From assembly GCA_032718475.1 (NCBI GenBank), contig JAUCBJ010003122.1, forward strand, positions 1 through 64,000: a DNA stretch of 64,000 nucleotides. Direction: 5' to 3'. Both the position numbers and the translations under genes were made by a program. Origin of the DNA: Nemertoderma westbladi. Its lineage: Eukaryota; Animalia; Xenacoelomorpha. Shown here one piece after another: positions 45,268 through 56,393 of this stretch. The notes below the pieces were generated by a model, which did not search any database, was not told where the DNA came from, and saw nothing but the letters and a program-made list of their open reading frames with translations. Position 1 is the stretch's first letter. The number at the start of each line of letters is the position of its first letter.

Positions 45268-48200
45268 TTAAGAGGATAAATAATTTGTTTAGCTTCAGTT
45301 TAAGAGGATAAATAATTTGGTTAGTTTCAGTTTAAGAGGATAATAATGCGGTTAGTTTCAGTTTAAGAGGATAAATAATGTGTTTAGTTTCAGTTTAAGA
45401 GGATAAGGAATTCGGTTAGTTTCAGTTTAAGAGGATAAATAATTTGTTTAGCTTCAGTTTAAGAGGATAAATAATTTGGTTAGTTTCAGTTTAAGAGGAT
45501 AATAATGCGGTTAGTTTCAGTTTAAGAGGATAAATAATTTGGTTAGTTTCAGTTTAAGAGGATAAGGAATTCGGATAGTTTCAGTTTAATAGGATAAATA
45601 ATTTTGTTGGTTTCAGTTTAAGAGGATAAATAATGTGTTTAGTTTCAGTTTAAGAGGATAAGGAATTCGGATAGTTTCAGTTTAATAGGATAAATAATTT
45701 TGTTGGTTTCAGTTTAAGAGGATAAAGAATTTGGTTAGTTTCAGTTTAAGAGGATAAGGAATTCGGTTAGTTTCAGTTTAATAGGATAAATAATTTTGTT
45801 GGTTTCAGTTTAAGAGGATAAAGAATTTGTTTAGCTTCAGTTTAAGAGGATAAATAATTTGTTTAGTTTCAGTTTAAGAGGATAAATAATTTGTTTAGCT
45901 TCAGTTTAAGAGGATAAATAATTTGGTTAGTTTCAGTTTAAGAGGATAAATAATTTGGTTAGTTTCAGTTTAAGAGGATAATAATGCGGTTAGTTTCAGT
46001 TTAAGAGGATAAATAATGTGTTTAGTTTCAGTTTAAGAGGATAAGGAATTCGGTTAGTTTCAGTTTAATAGGATAAATAATTTTGTTGGTTTCAGTTTAA
46101 GAGGATAAAGAATTTGGTTAGTTTCAGTTTAAGAGGATAAGGAATTCGGTTAGTTTCAGTTTAAGAGGATAAATAATTTGTTTAGCTTCAGTTTAAGAGG
46201 ATAAATAATTTGGTTAGTTTCAGTTTAAGAGGATAATAATGCGGTTAGTTTCAGTTTAAGAGGATAAATAATGTGTTTAGTTTCAGTTTAAGAGGATAAG
46301 GAATTTGGTTAGTTTCAGTTTAAGAGGATAAATAATTTGTTTAGCTTCAGTTTAAGAGGATAAATAATTTGGTTAGTTTCAGTTTAAGAGGATAATAATG
46401 CTGTTAGTTTCAGTTTAAGAGGATAAATAATGTGTTTAGTTTCAGTTTAAGAGGATAAGGAATTCGGTTAGTTTCAGTTTAATAGGATAAATAATTTTGT
46501 TGGTTTCAGTTTAAGAGGATAAAGAATTTGGTTAGTTTCAGTTTAAGAGGATAAGGAATTCGGTTAGTTTCAGTTTAAGAGGATAAATAATTTGTTTAGC
46601 TTCAGTTTAAGAGGATAAATAATTTGGTTAGTTTCAGTTTAAGAGGATAATAATGCGGTTAGTTTCAGTTTAAGAGGATAAATAATGTGTTTAGTTTCAG
46701 TTTAAGAGGATAAGGAATTCGGTTAGTTTCAGTTTAAGAGGATAAATAATTTGTTTAGCTTCAGTTTAAGAGGATAAATAATTTGGTTAGTTTCAGTTTA
46801 AGAGGATAATAATGCGGTTAGTTTCAGTTTAAGAGGATAAATAATGTGTTTAGTTTCAGTTTAAGAGGATAAGGAATTCGGATAGTTTCAGTTTAATAGG
46901 TTAAATAATTTTGTTGGTTTCAGTTTAAGAGGATAAAGAATTTGGTTAGTTTCAGTTTAAGAGGATAAGGAATTCGGTTAGTTTCAGTTTAATAGGATAA
47001 ATAATTTTGTTGGTTTCAGTTTAAGAGGATAAAGAATTTGTTTAGCTTCAGTTTAAGAGGATAAATAATTTGTTTAGTTTCAGTTTAAGAGGATAAATAA
47101 TTTGTTTAGCTTCAGTTTAAGAGGATAAATAATTTGGTTAGCTTCAGTTTAAGAGGATAATAATGCGGTTAGTTTCAGTTTAAGAGGATAAATAATGTGT
47201 TTAGTTTCAGTTTAAGAGGATAAGGAATTCGGTTAGTTTCAGTTTAAGAGGATAAATAATTTGTTTAGCTTCAGTTTAAGAGGATAAATAATTTGGTTAG
47301 TTTCAGTTTAAGAGGATAATAATGCGGTTAGTTTCAGTTTAAGAGGATAAATAATGTGTTTAGTTTCAGTTTAAGAGGATAAGGAATTCGGATAGTTTCA
47401 GTTTAATAGGATAAATAATTTTGTTGGTTTCAGTTTAAGAGGATAAAGAATTTGGTTAGTTTCAGTTTAAGAGGATAAGGAATTCGGTTAGTTTCAGTTT
47501 AATAGGATAAATAATTTTGTTGGTTTCAGTTTAAGAGGATAAAGAATTTGTTTAGCTTCAGTTTAAGAGGATAAATAATTTGTTTAGTTTCAGTTTAAGA
47601 GGATAAATAATTTGGTTAGTTTCAGTTTAAGAGGATAATAATGCGGTTAGTTTCAGTTTAAGAGGATAAATAATGTGTTTAGTTTCAGTTTAAGAGGATA
47701 ATAATGCGGTTAGTTTCAGTTTAAGAGGATAAATAATGTGTTTAGTTTCAGTTTAAGAGGATAAGGAATTCGGTTAGTTTCAGTTTAATAGGATAGATAA
47801 TTTTGTTGGTTTCAGTTTAAGAGGATAAAGAATTTGGTTAGTTTCAGTTTAAGAGGATAAGGAATTCGGTTAGTTTCAGTTTAAGAGGATAAATAATTTG
47901 TTTAGCTTCAGTTTAAGAGGATAAATAATTTGGTTAGTTTCAGTTTAAGAGGATAATAATGCGGTTAGTTTCAGTTTAAGAGGATAAATAATGTGTTTAG
48001 TTTCAGTTTAAGAGGATAAGGAATTTGGTTAGTTTCAGTTTAAGAGGATAAATAATTTGTTTAGCTTCAGTTTAAGAGGATAAATAATTTGGTTAGTTTC
48101 AGTTTAAGAGGATAATAATGCGGTTAGTTTCAGTTTAAGAGGATAAATAATGTGTTTAGTTTCAGTTTAAGAGGATAAGGAATTCGGTTAGTTTCAGTTT

Positions 48201-48298
48201 AATAGGATAAATAATTTTGTTGGTTTCAGTTTAAGAGGATAAAGAATTTGGTTAGTTTCAGTTTAAGAGGATAAGGAATTCGGTTAGTTTCAGTTTAA

Positions 48299-49009
48299 GG
48301 GGGGGGGTACACCATTTTCGGACAACTCTTCGATTTATCACTCTCAGCGTTTCAAAATTGTTTGGTTTTGGCTAAAATTTGGCATATAGGTGCCTAAGAT
48401 GCTATTCTACATGACAGGTCAGAAAGTTTTTTTTTCCGCTATTTAATATTAGTTAATACTAGTTAACAATAAAAAAAACTTGGTTGCGCTTAAAACCCTA
48501 AGGCTTTTACAGTTTTGAACCTAATCACATGAAAGTTTTTTTATATGATAGATCAAAGATGGGGCAACATAACTATCAGGCGAAATTTTGTTAAAATAAT
48601 TCTGCACCGCTAGGTGGCGCTGCAAATTTATGCTAATTTTTAGGTTTTTTATAAATAGTATTAAATTTTATTAACAAAAAATTTCGAAAAGGTGCCTGAT
48701 ACTTTTATGCAGGGTGGCTATCTAGACACCCACAGGAAGTTTCAGACTAATTACTCAAAAATTGTAGAAGTAGTAGGGTTCTGAAGTTGACAATTTCATG
48801 AAAAAAATATTTGGAGATAATCAACCTTTCATTATACATAGTAATAGTAATTTCAATAGGATTCCCTAAATGGAAATTGTTATAACTTGAGAAGTAAAAG
48901 AGATATTAAATAGCGGTTTTCAGATTTGGAAACACCATTCAATGGTGCATTATAATATACCATAAAAAAAATTTCGACATATTTTGGACCAAAATGGTGT
49001 ACCCCCCCC
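48299..49009. mobile_element. Kolobok-type MITE, copy 2
   Basis: Appears identical to copy 1 apart from one extra terminal G; same TTAA flanks. Confidence 0.88.
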
Positions 49010-52000
49010 TTAAGAGGATAAATAATTTGTTTAGCTTCAGTTTAAGAGGATAAATAATTTGGTTAGTTTCAGTTTAAGAGGATAATAATGCGGTTAGTTT
49101 CAGTTTAAGAGGATAAATAATGTGTTTAGTTTCAGTTTAAGAGGATAAGGAATTCGGTTAGTTTCAGTTTAAGAGGATAAATAATTTGTTTAGCTTCAGT
49201 TTAAGAGGATAAATAATTTGGTTAGTTTCAGTTTAAGAGGATAATAATGCGGTTAGTTTCAGTTTAAGAGGATAAATAATTTGGTTAGTTTCAGTTTAAG
49301 AGGATAAGGAATTCGGATAGTTTCAGTTTAATAGGATAAATAATTTTGTTGGTTTCAGTTTAAGAGGATAAATAATGTGTTTAGTTTCAGTTTAAGAGGA
49401 TAAGGAATTCGGATAGTTTCAGTTTAATAGGATAAATAATTTTGTTGGTTTCAGTTTAAGAGGATAAAGAATTTGGTTAGTTTCAGTTTAAGAGGATAAG
49501 GAATTCGGTTAGTTTCAGTTTAATAGGATAAATAATTTTGTTGGTTTCAGTTTAAGAGGATAAAGAATTTGTTTAGCTTCAGTTTAAGAGGATAAATAAT
49601 TTGTTTAGTTTCAGTTTAAGAGGATAAATAATTTGTTTAGCTTCAGTTTAAGAGGATAAATAATTTGGTTAGTTTCAGTTTAAGAGGATAAATAATTTGG
49701 TTAGTTTCAGTTTAAGAGGATAATAATGCGGTTAGTTTCAGTTTAAGAGGATAAATAATGTGTTTAGTTTCAGTTTAAGAGGATAAGGAATTCGGTTAGT
49801 TTCAGTTTAATAGGATAAATAATTTTGTTGGTTTCAGTTTAAGAGGATAAAGAATTTGGTTAGTTTCAGTTTAAGAGGATAAGGAATTCGGTTAGTTTCA
49901 GTTTAAGAGGATAAATAATTTGTTTAGCTTCAGTTTAAGAGGATAAATAATTTGGTTAGTTTCAGTTTAAGAGGATAATAATGCGGTTAGTTTCAGTTTA
50001 AGAGGATAAATAATGTGTTTAGTTTCAGTTTAAGAGGATAAGGAATTTGGTTAGTTTCAGTTTAAGAGGATAAATAATTTGTTTAGCTTCAGTTTAAGAG
50101 GATAAATAATTTGGTTAGTTTCAGTTTAAGAGGATAATAATGCTGTTAGTTTCAGTTTAAGAGGATAAATAATGTGTTTAGTTTCAGTTTAAGAGGATAA
50201 GGAATTCGGTTAGTTTCAGTTTAATAGGATAAATAATTTTGTTGGTTTCAGTTTAAGAGGATAAAGAATTTGGTTAGTTTCAGTTTAAGAGGATAAGGAA
50301 TTCGGTTAGTTTCAGTTTAAGAGGATAAATAATTTGTTTAGCTTCAGTTTAAGAGGATAAATAATTTGGTTAGTTTCAGTTTAAGAGGATAATAATGCGG
50401 TTAGTTTCAGTTTAAGAGGATAAATAATGTGTTTAGTTTCAGTTTAAGAGGATAAGGAATTCGGTTAGTTTCAGTTTAAGAGGATAAATAATTTGTTTAG
50501 CTTCAGTTTAAGAGGATAAATAATTTGGTTAGTTTCAGTTTAAGAGGATAATAATGCGGTTAGTTTCAGTTTAAGAGGATAAATAATGTGTTTAGTTTCA
50601 GTTTAAGAGGATAAGGAATTCGGATAGTTTCAGTTTAATAGGTTAAATAATTTTGTTGGTTTCAGTTTAAGAGGATAAAGAATTTGGTTAGTTTCAGTTT
50701 AAGAGGATAAGGAATTCGGTTAGTTTCAGTTTAATAGGATAAATAATTTTGTTGGTTTCAGTTTAAGAGGATAAAGAATTTGTTTAGCTTCAGTTTAAGA
50801 GGATAAATAATTTGTTTAGTTTCAGTTTAAGAGGATAAATAATTTGTTTAGCTTCAGTTTAAGAGGATAAATAATTTGGTTAGCTTCAGTTTAAGAGGAT
50901 AATAATGCGGTTAGTTTCAGTTTAAGAGGATAAATAATGTGTTTAGTTTCAGTTTAAGAGGATAAGGAATTCGGTTAGTTTCAGTTTAAGAGGATAAATA
51001 ATTTGTTTAGCTTCAGTTTAAGAGGATAAATAATTTGGTTAGTTTCAGTTTAAGAGGATAATAATGCGGTTAGTTTCAGTTTAAGAGGATAAATAATGTG
51101 TTTAGTTTCAGTTTAAGAGGATAAGGAATTCGGATAGTTTCAGTTTAATAGGATAAATAATTTTGTTGGTTTCAGTTTAAGAGGATAAAGAATTTGGTTA
51201 GTTTCAGTTTAAGAGGATAAGGAATTCGGTTAGTTTCAGTTTAATAGGATAAATAATTTTGTTGGTTTCAGTTTAAGAGGATAAAGAATTTGTTTAGCTT
51301 CAGTTTAAGAGGATAAATAATTTGTTTAGTTTCAGTTTAAGAGGATAAATAATTTGGTTAGTTTCAGTTTAAGAGGATAATAATGCGGTTAGTTTCAGTT
51401 TAAGAGGATAAATAATGTGTTTAGTTTCAGTTTAAGAGGATAAGGAATTCGGTTAGTTTCAGTTTAATAGGATAAATAATTTTGTTGGTTTCAGTTTAAG
51501 AGGATAAAGAATTTGGTTAGTTTCAGTTTAAGAGGATAAGGAATTCGGTTAGTTTCAGTTTAAGAGGATAAATAATTTGTTTAGCTTCAGTTTAAGAGGA
51601 TAAATAATTTGTTTAGTTTCAGTTTAAGAGGATAAATAATTTGCTTAGCTTCAGTTTAAGAGGATAAATAATTTGGTTAGTTTCAGTTTAAGAGGATAAT
51701 AATGCGGTTAGTTTCAGTTTAAGAGGATAAATAATGTGTTTAGTTTCAGTTTAAGAGGATAAGGAATTCGGTTAGTTTCAGTTTAATAGGATAAATAATT
51801 TTGTTGGTTTCAGTTTAAGAGGATAAAGAATTTGGTTAGTTTCAGTTTAAGAGGATAAGGAATTCGGTTAGTTTCAGTTTAAGAGGATAAATAATTTGTT
51901 TAGCTTCAGTTTAAGAGGATAAATAATTTGTTTAGCTTCAGTTTAAGAGGATAAATAATTTGGTTAGTTTCAGTTTAAGAGGATAATAATGCGGTTAGTT

Positions 52001-52974
52001 TCAGTTTAAGAGGATAAATAATGTGTTTACTTTCAGTTTAAGAGGATAAGGAATTCGGTTAGTTTCAGTTTAATAGGATAAATAATTTTGTTGGTTTCAG
52101 TTTAAGAGGATAAAGAATTTGGTTAGTTTCAGTTTAAGAGGATAAGGAATTCGGTTAGTTTCAGTTTAATAGGATAAATAATTTTGTTGGTTTCAGTTTA
52201 AGAGGATAAAGAATTTGGTTAGTTTCAGTTTAAGAGGATAAGGAATTCGGTTAGTTTCAGTTTAAGAGGATAAATAATTTGTTTAGCTTCAGTTTAAGAG
52301 GATAAGGAATTCGGTTAGTTTCAGTTTAATAGGATAAATAATTTTGTTGGTTTCAGTTTAAGAGGATAAAGAATTTGGTTAGTTTCAGTTTAAGAGGATA
52401 ATAATGCGGTTAGTTTCAGTTTAAGAGGATAAAGAATTTGGTTAGTTTCAGTTTAAGAGGATAATAATTCGCTTAGTTTCAGTTTAAGAGGATAAATAAT
52501 TTGTTTAGCTTCAGTTTAAAAGGATAAATAATTGGTTTAGCTTCAGTTTAAGAGGATAAGGAATTCGGTTAGTTTCAGTTTATTAGGATAAATAATTTTG
52601 TTGGTTTCAGTTTAAGAGGATAAAGAATTTGGTTAGTTTCAGTTTAAGAGGATAATATTTCGGTTAGTTTCAGTTTAAGAGGATAAATAATTTGTTTAGT
52701 TTCAGTTTAAGAGGATAAGGAATTCGGATAGTTTCAGTTTAATAGTGTGATATAAATGTTTAATGTATTTTATTGAGATACCGGAAGTATCCCAGATAAT
52801 CGGTTTGACCTTTGCAATGTGTACGGTGAAGGGATTGATTTATATTAGATAGTAGGTAAGGCATTGCAAGAGGGGTTTATAGATTAATTGTCGTTTGTTT
52901 GATTAAAGTTTGGAGTTAATATTTAATTGTGATTTCCCTGTTTTAATATTGGCGCAGTGTGATTTACATAAAAC

Positions 52975-53628
52975 ATGAAATTATCAATAACATCCGATTT
53001 CGCATGTTGGGAAACAGCATTGAGGGCGGAGATCAACTTGTTAGTGTTGCAAGGGAAAATCGAGGAGGAAAAAAAGGACGAAGCTTTGCTAATGAAGATA
53101 CAGATTTCCGTAGAAGACAGCATTTTAAAGAAAATGCATATAGACCGCCGAACCACAGCAAATTCTTTACTAACAAAACTCAAAGAGGTATGGACACAGT
53201 TGGTGGTACCAACCGACGGAGTAAATTCATTAGAGTTTGACATAGTGTCAAGGGACGATGTAACCAAATTTGATGACAATTTGAGACTACTCCGCTATAA
53301 ACGAACGATTTCCGATGATTTAGCTATTAGTATATTCATAAAAAACATAAAAAATGAAGCGTCAAGAAAGATCGTTCTGGTCCAGCAATTCACGTCATGG
53401 GATGCGTTGGTGCGTTTCATTATGGACACAGGTATCTCTCTAACCAATTGTAACCAACATACTTCGCATCTACCAGTATCAGGAGCCGTAAAAACGGGAT
53501 GCTACAATTGCGGTGTAGCCGGCCACTTTGCTAGACAATGCTTCAAGCGGTGCAATCGTTGCACCAATCACAATCACTTGCCTAAAGACTGTTTAAAAGG
53601 AAAATCAAAAAACGACGCTTCCCAGTAG
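52975..53628 (+). CDS. gag: Gypsy gag with two CCHC zinc knuckles
   Basis: CYNCGVAGHFARQC and CNRCTNHNHLPKDC. Confidence 0.9.
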   Translation: MKLSITSDFACWETALRAEINLLVLQGKIEEEKKDEALLMKIQISVEDSILKKMHIDRRTTANSLLTKLKEVWTQLVVPTDGVNSLEFDIVSRDDVTKFDDNLRLLRYKRTISDDLAISIFIKNIKNEASRKIVLVQQFTSWDALVRFIMDTGISLTNCNQHTSHLPVSGAVKTGCYNCGVAGHFARQCFKRCNRCTNHNHLPKDCLKGKSKNDASQ

Positions 53629-53671
53629 TGGGGGGTGCAACTACTGGGATCATCAACGAACCGATAGCACC
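53607..53671 (+). promoter_or_regulatory. -1 programmed ribosomal frameshift signal
   Basis: A AAA AAC at 53607-53613, 6-nt spacer, 10-bp stem TCCCAGTAGT/ACTACTGGGA; pol is in the -1 frame. Confidence 0.85.
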
Positions 53672-56393
53672 ATTCATTTACGCAGAAATCGATTTGAATG
53701 GTGGAAGCCCACGCATACCTATGTTAGACACCGGATCTGAATTAAACTTAATGTCAATAAACATGGCTAATGACTTGTCAGTTCCGATTATACCGCATGG
53801 TATATATTTTCGTACAGCATCTGGTGATGTTGTTAAATCGAGAGGTTTTGTTCAGGTTTGGGTGAAGTGGGGAGATATTCGTCAAACATTTGATTTTCAT
53901 GTACTGGGAGATCCTCCATTTGATTTAATACTTGGCATTAGGGCCATATGGACCTTCCCCTCAATATTATCTTATCCCATTGTGGCGATGACTGCGACTA
54001 CGACTACCGATACAGCTCTTTCAAAGGAATACTTTTTTAAACTTTTCCGTTGGCCATCATCATGGTCATCCGATAATACAAAACGTCTCCACGACTTGAT
54101 CTGGGAATTTCAGGATATATTTAGTCGATCGAAATTCGATGTTGGAAGAATGAAATCATTCACCCATCACATAGAAACGTCTGGTCCTCCTATTTTCAGA
54201 AGACAATACAAAAACGCATACACAGAACGAGAAAATGTACACAAGATAATCACGGAGATGCATGAAAATAACATTATCTCTCCTGCTTCTTCGCCATGGA
54301 ATTCGCCATATTTGTTGGTAGATAAACCTGACCACTCAAAACGATTTTGTGTTGATTTTAGACCTCTAAACAAAGTCACTCAGGACAATAAATTCCCCAT
54401 GCCAGTAATAGATGAACTTTTAGATAGACTTCAAGGAAAGAAAATTTTTTCGACGTTAGACATGACGGCCGGTTATTGGCAAGTACCCTTATCTGAGGAA
54501 AGTAAACCGAAGACGGCTTTCCAAGCGGATCATAGACAGTGGCAATTCAATGTGTTAGCAATGGGATTGAAAAATGCGGCCCCAGAATTCCAACGAGACA
54601 TGCAAACTGTATTAAGAGGTCTCAACACGTTTCCTTACCAGGACGACATCATCAACGCTACTGAGACTGAAGAAGAACATCTAGAGAGCCTACAGAAAAT
54701 TTTCGTACGATTACGAAATGAAGGAATTAAATTAAAACCATCAAAATGCGCATTTGGTCTAACTGAGATATCGTATTTGGGTTTTATTATTCAAGATGGA
54801 CAAGTCAAACCTGATCCTGATAAAATAAAGTGTATACAAGAATTTCCTACGCCAACCAATGGAAAGGAATTACAGTCATTTCTTGGACTCATTAACTTTT
54901 ATTCAAGGTTCGCTAAGAGATTAGCTACATACGCGGCTCCCTTATATGAGTTGACAACAAAATCAAAAAATAAATTCAAATGGTTACCCGAACATTCCGA
55001 AGTCTTTGATAAAGTAAAAAATTTATTCTCAGAAGCAGTATCATTATACATTCCCGATTTATCACAAGCTTTCATAGTCAGAACCGACGCAAGCGATAGG
55101 GCTGTTGGAGCTGTGTTGAGTCAAATAATTAATTCTGAAGAAGTCCCAGTGCATTTCGCAAGTCGAACCCTACGCGGATCGGAACTTAACTGGTCAACTA
55201 CTGATAAAGAATTTTTTAGTTTACATTGGGCAATCAGAAAATTTGATATGTACTTAAAGGGAAATGAAGTAACAGTTTACACTGACCACAAACCATTAAT
55301 TGGACTGATAGACAAGAGAGCTGGAAACAATCAACGACAAAGACGATGGCTAGATTATATACAGGACTTTAAATTAAATATTAACTATATACGTGGAGTT
55401 GAAAACGTTGTGGCAGACACTTTGTCTCGCTTGCCATTAGACTCAACGTTCCCAAATGTAAAGGCCGCTCCATTCGTACCAAACGCCGTTTGTGCTCTCA
55501 AGGCGTTATCTGACAAAGATTCCGAGATAGTAGCAAGGCAATACCATGATGCGGGACATTACTCTATAAACAAAACTCGTGCGGCAATTTTAAATGACGG
55601 CCTATGGTTCCCAAAAATGAGATCCACACTACGATCAATTCAAGATGATTGTATAGAGTGTCGCACAAAGAAGTCGTACACAAAAAATCCCCCAAAAGGA
55701 GAACTACCAAACCTAGAAACTCGTGCTATTGGGGAGATTGTCTCTATTGACATTGTTGGACCCTTACCAACAACAAGATTAGGATTTCGTTACATCTTGT
55801 CGATGATAGATATGGCGTCACGTTACCTGGAAGCGGTACCAATGAAAATGGTTACAGCGCAAATAACTGCAGACGCTTTTCAGAAAGGATGGGTATTTAG
55901 ACATGGTCCTCCACGACGAATCCACACCTACAACGGTTCCCAATTTCGTTCTGCGTTGTTTAATAATATTCTGGAAACTGCCTTTTGCAATTATGAAATT
56001 GATCATACATATTCATCGCCGTACTATCCTCAAGGCAATGGAGTTATTGAAAGAATACACCGTACTTTAAAAGATCGCATTCGATGCATGTCTGGGGATT
56101 GGCAATCGAACTTATCGGAAGCTGTTTATAATATAAATCGCCATGTTCACGATGGTATTGAGTGTTCGCCGTTTTTCGCACTCTATGGGTATAATGTCCC
56201 ACCAGCCACTTACCCAGCAATGCTTAAAGAAAACCCATCCATCATGCAATCGTTAGCTCCTCCTATCCCACCACCACAAAGATCAACGTTTGGCCCCAAA
56301 TTTCACCCACCTCAACGAGTTGTAGCAAAATTATCTCCGCAGGTTGTTCGCCTAGATCAATATGGAACTGTGAATATAAGAAAATGTACTTAG
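53613..56393 (+). CDS. pol: Gypsy pol (protease, RT, RNase H, integrase), expressed by frameshift
   Basis: LDTGS; RFCVDFRPLN, YQDD; TDASD, TDHKPL; HHCC, IDIVGP, NGVIER. The second catalytic Asp of integrase reads Tyr. Confidence 0.93.
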   Translation, partial: RRFPVVGGATTGIINEPIAPFIYAEIDLNGGSPRIPMLDTGSELNLMSINMANDLSVPIIPHGIYFRTASGDVVKSRGFVQVWVKWGDIRQTFDFHVLGDPPFDLILGIRAIWTFPSILSYPIVAMTATTTTDTALSKEYFFKLFRWPSSWSSDNTKRLHDLIWEFQDIFSRSKFDVGRMKSFTHHIETSGPPIFRRQYKNAYTERENVHKIITEMHENNIISPASSPWNSPYLLVDKPDHSKRFCVDFRPLNKVTQDNKFPMPVIDELLDRLQGKKIFSTLDMTAGYWQVPLSEESKPKTAFQADHRQWQFNVLAMGLKNAAPEFQRDMQTVLRGLNTFPYQDDIINATETEEEHLESLQKIFVRLRNEGIKLKPSKCAFGLTEISYLGFIIQDGQVKPDPDKIKCIQEFPTPTNGKELQSFLGLINFYSRFAKRLATYAAPLYELTTKSKNKFKWLPEHSEVFDKVKNLFSEAVSLYIPDLSQAFIVRTDASDRAVGAVLSQIINSEEVPVHFASRTLRGSELNWSTTDKEFFSLHWAIRKFDMYLKGNEVTVYTDHKPLIGLIDKRAGNNQRQRRWLDYIQDFKLNINYIRGVENVVADTLSRLPLDSTFPNVKAAPFVPNAVCALKALSDKDSEIVARQYHDAGHYSINKTRAAILNDGLWFPKMRSTLRSIQDDCIECRTKKSYTKNPPKGELPNLETRAIGEIVSIDIVGPLPTTRLGFRYILSMIDMASRYLEAVPMKMVTAQITADAFQKGWVFRHGPPRRIHTYNGSQFRSALFNNILETAFCNYEIDHTYSSPYYPQGNGVIERIHRTLKDRIRCMSGDWQSNLSEAVYNINRHVHDGIECSPFFALYGYNVPPATYPAMLKENPSIMQSLAPPIPPPQRSTFGPKFHPPQRVVAKLSPQVVRLDQYGTVNIRKCT

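Noticed and set aside
53628-53630. GTG as an independent pol start codon
   Set aside because: A slippery heptamer and stem just upstream indicate gag-pol frameshifting.
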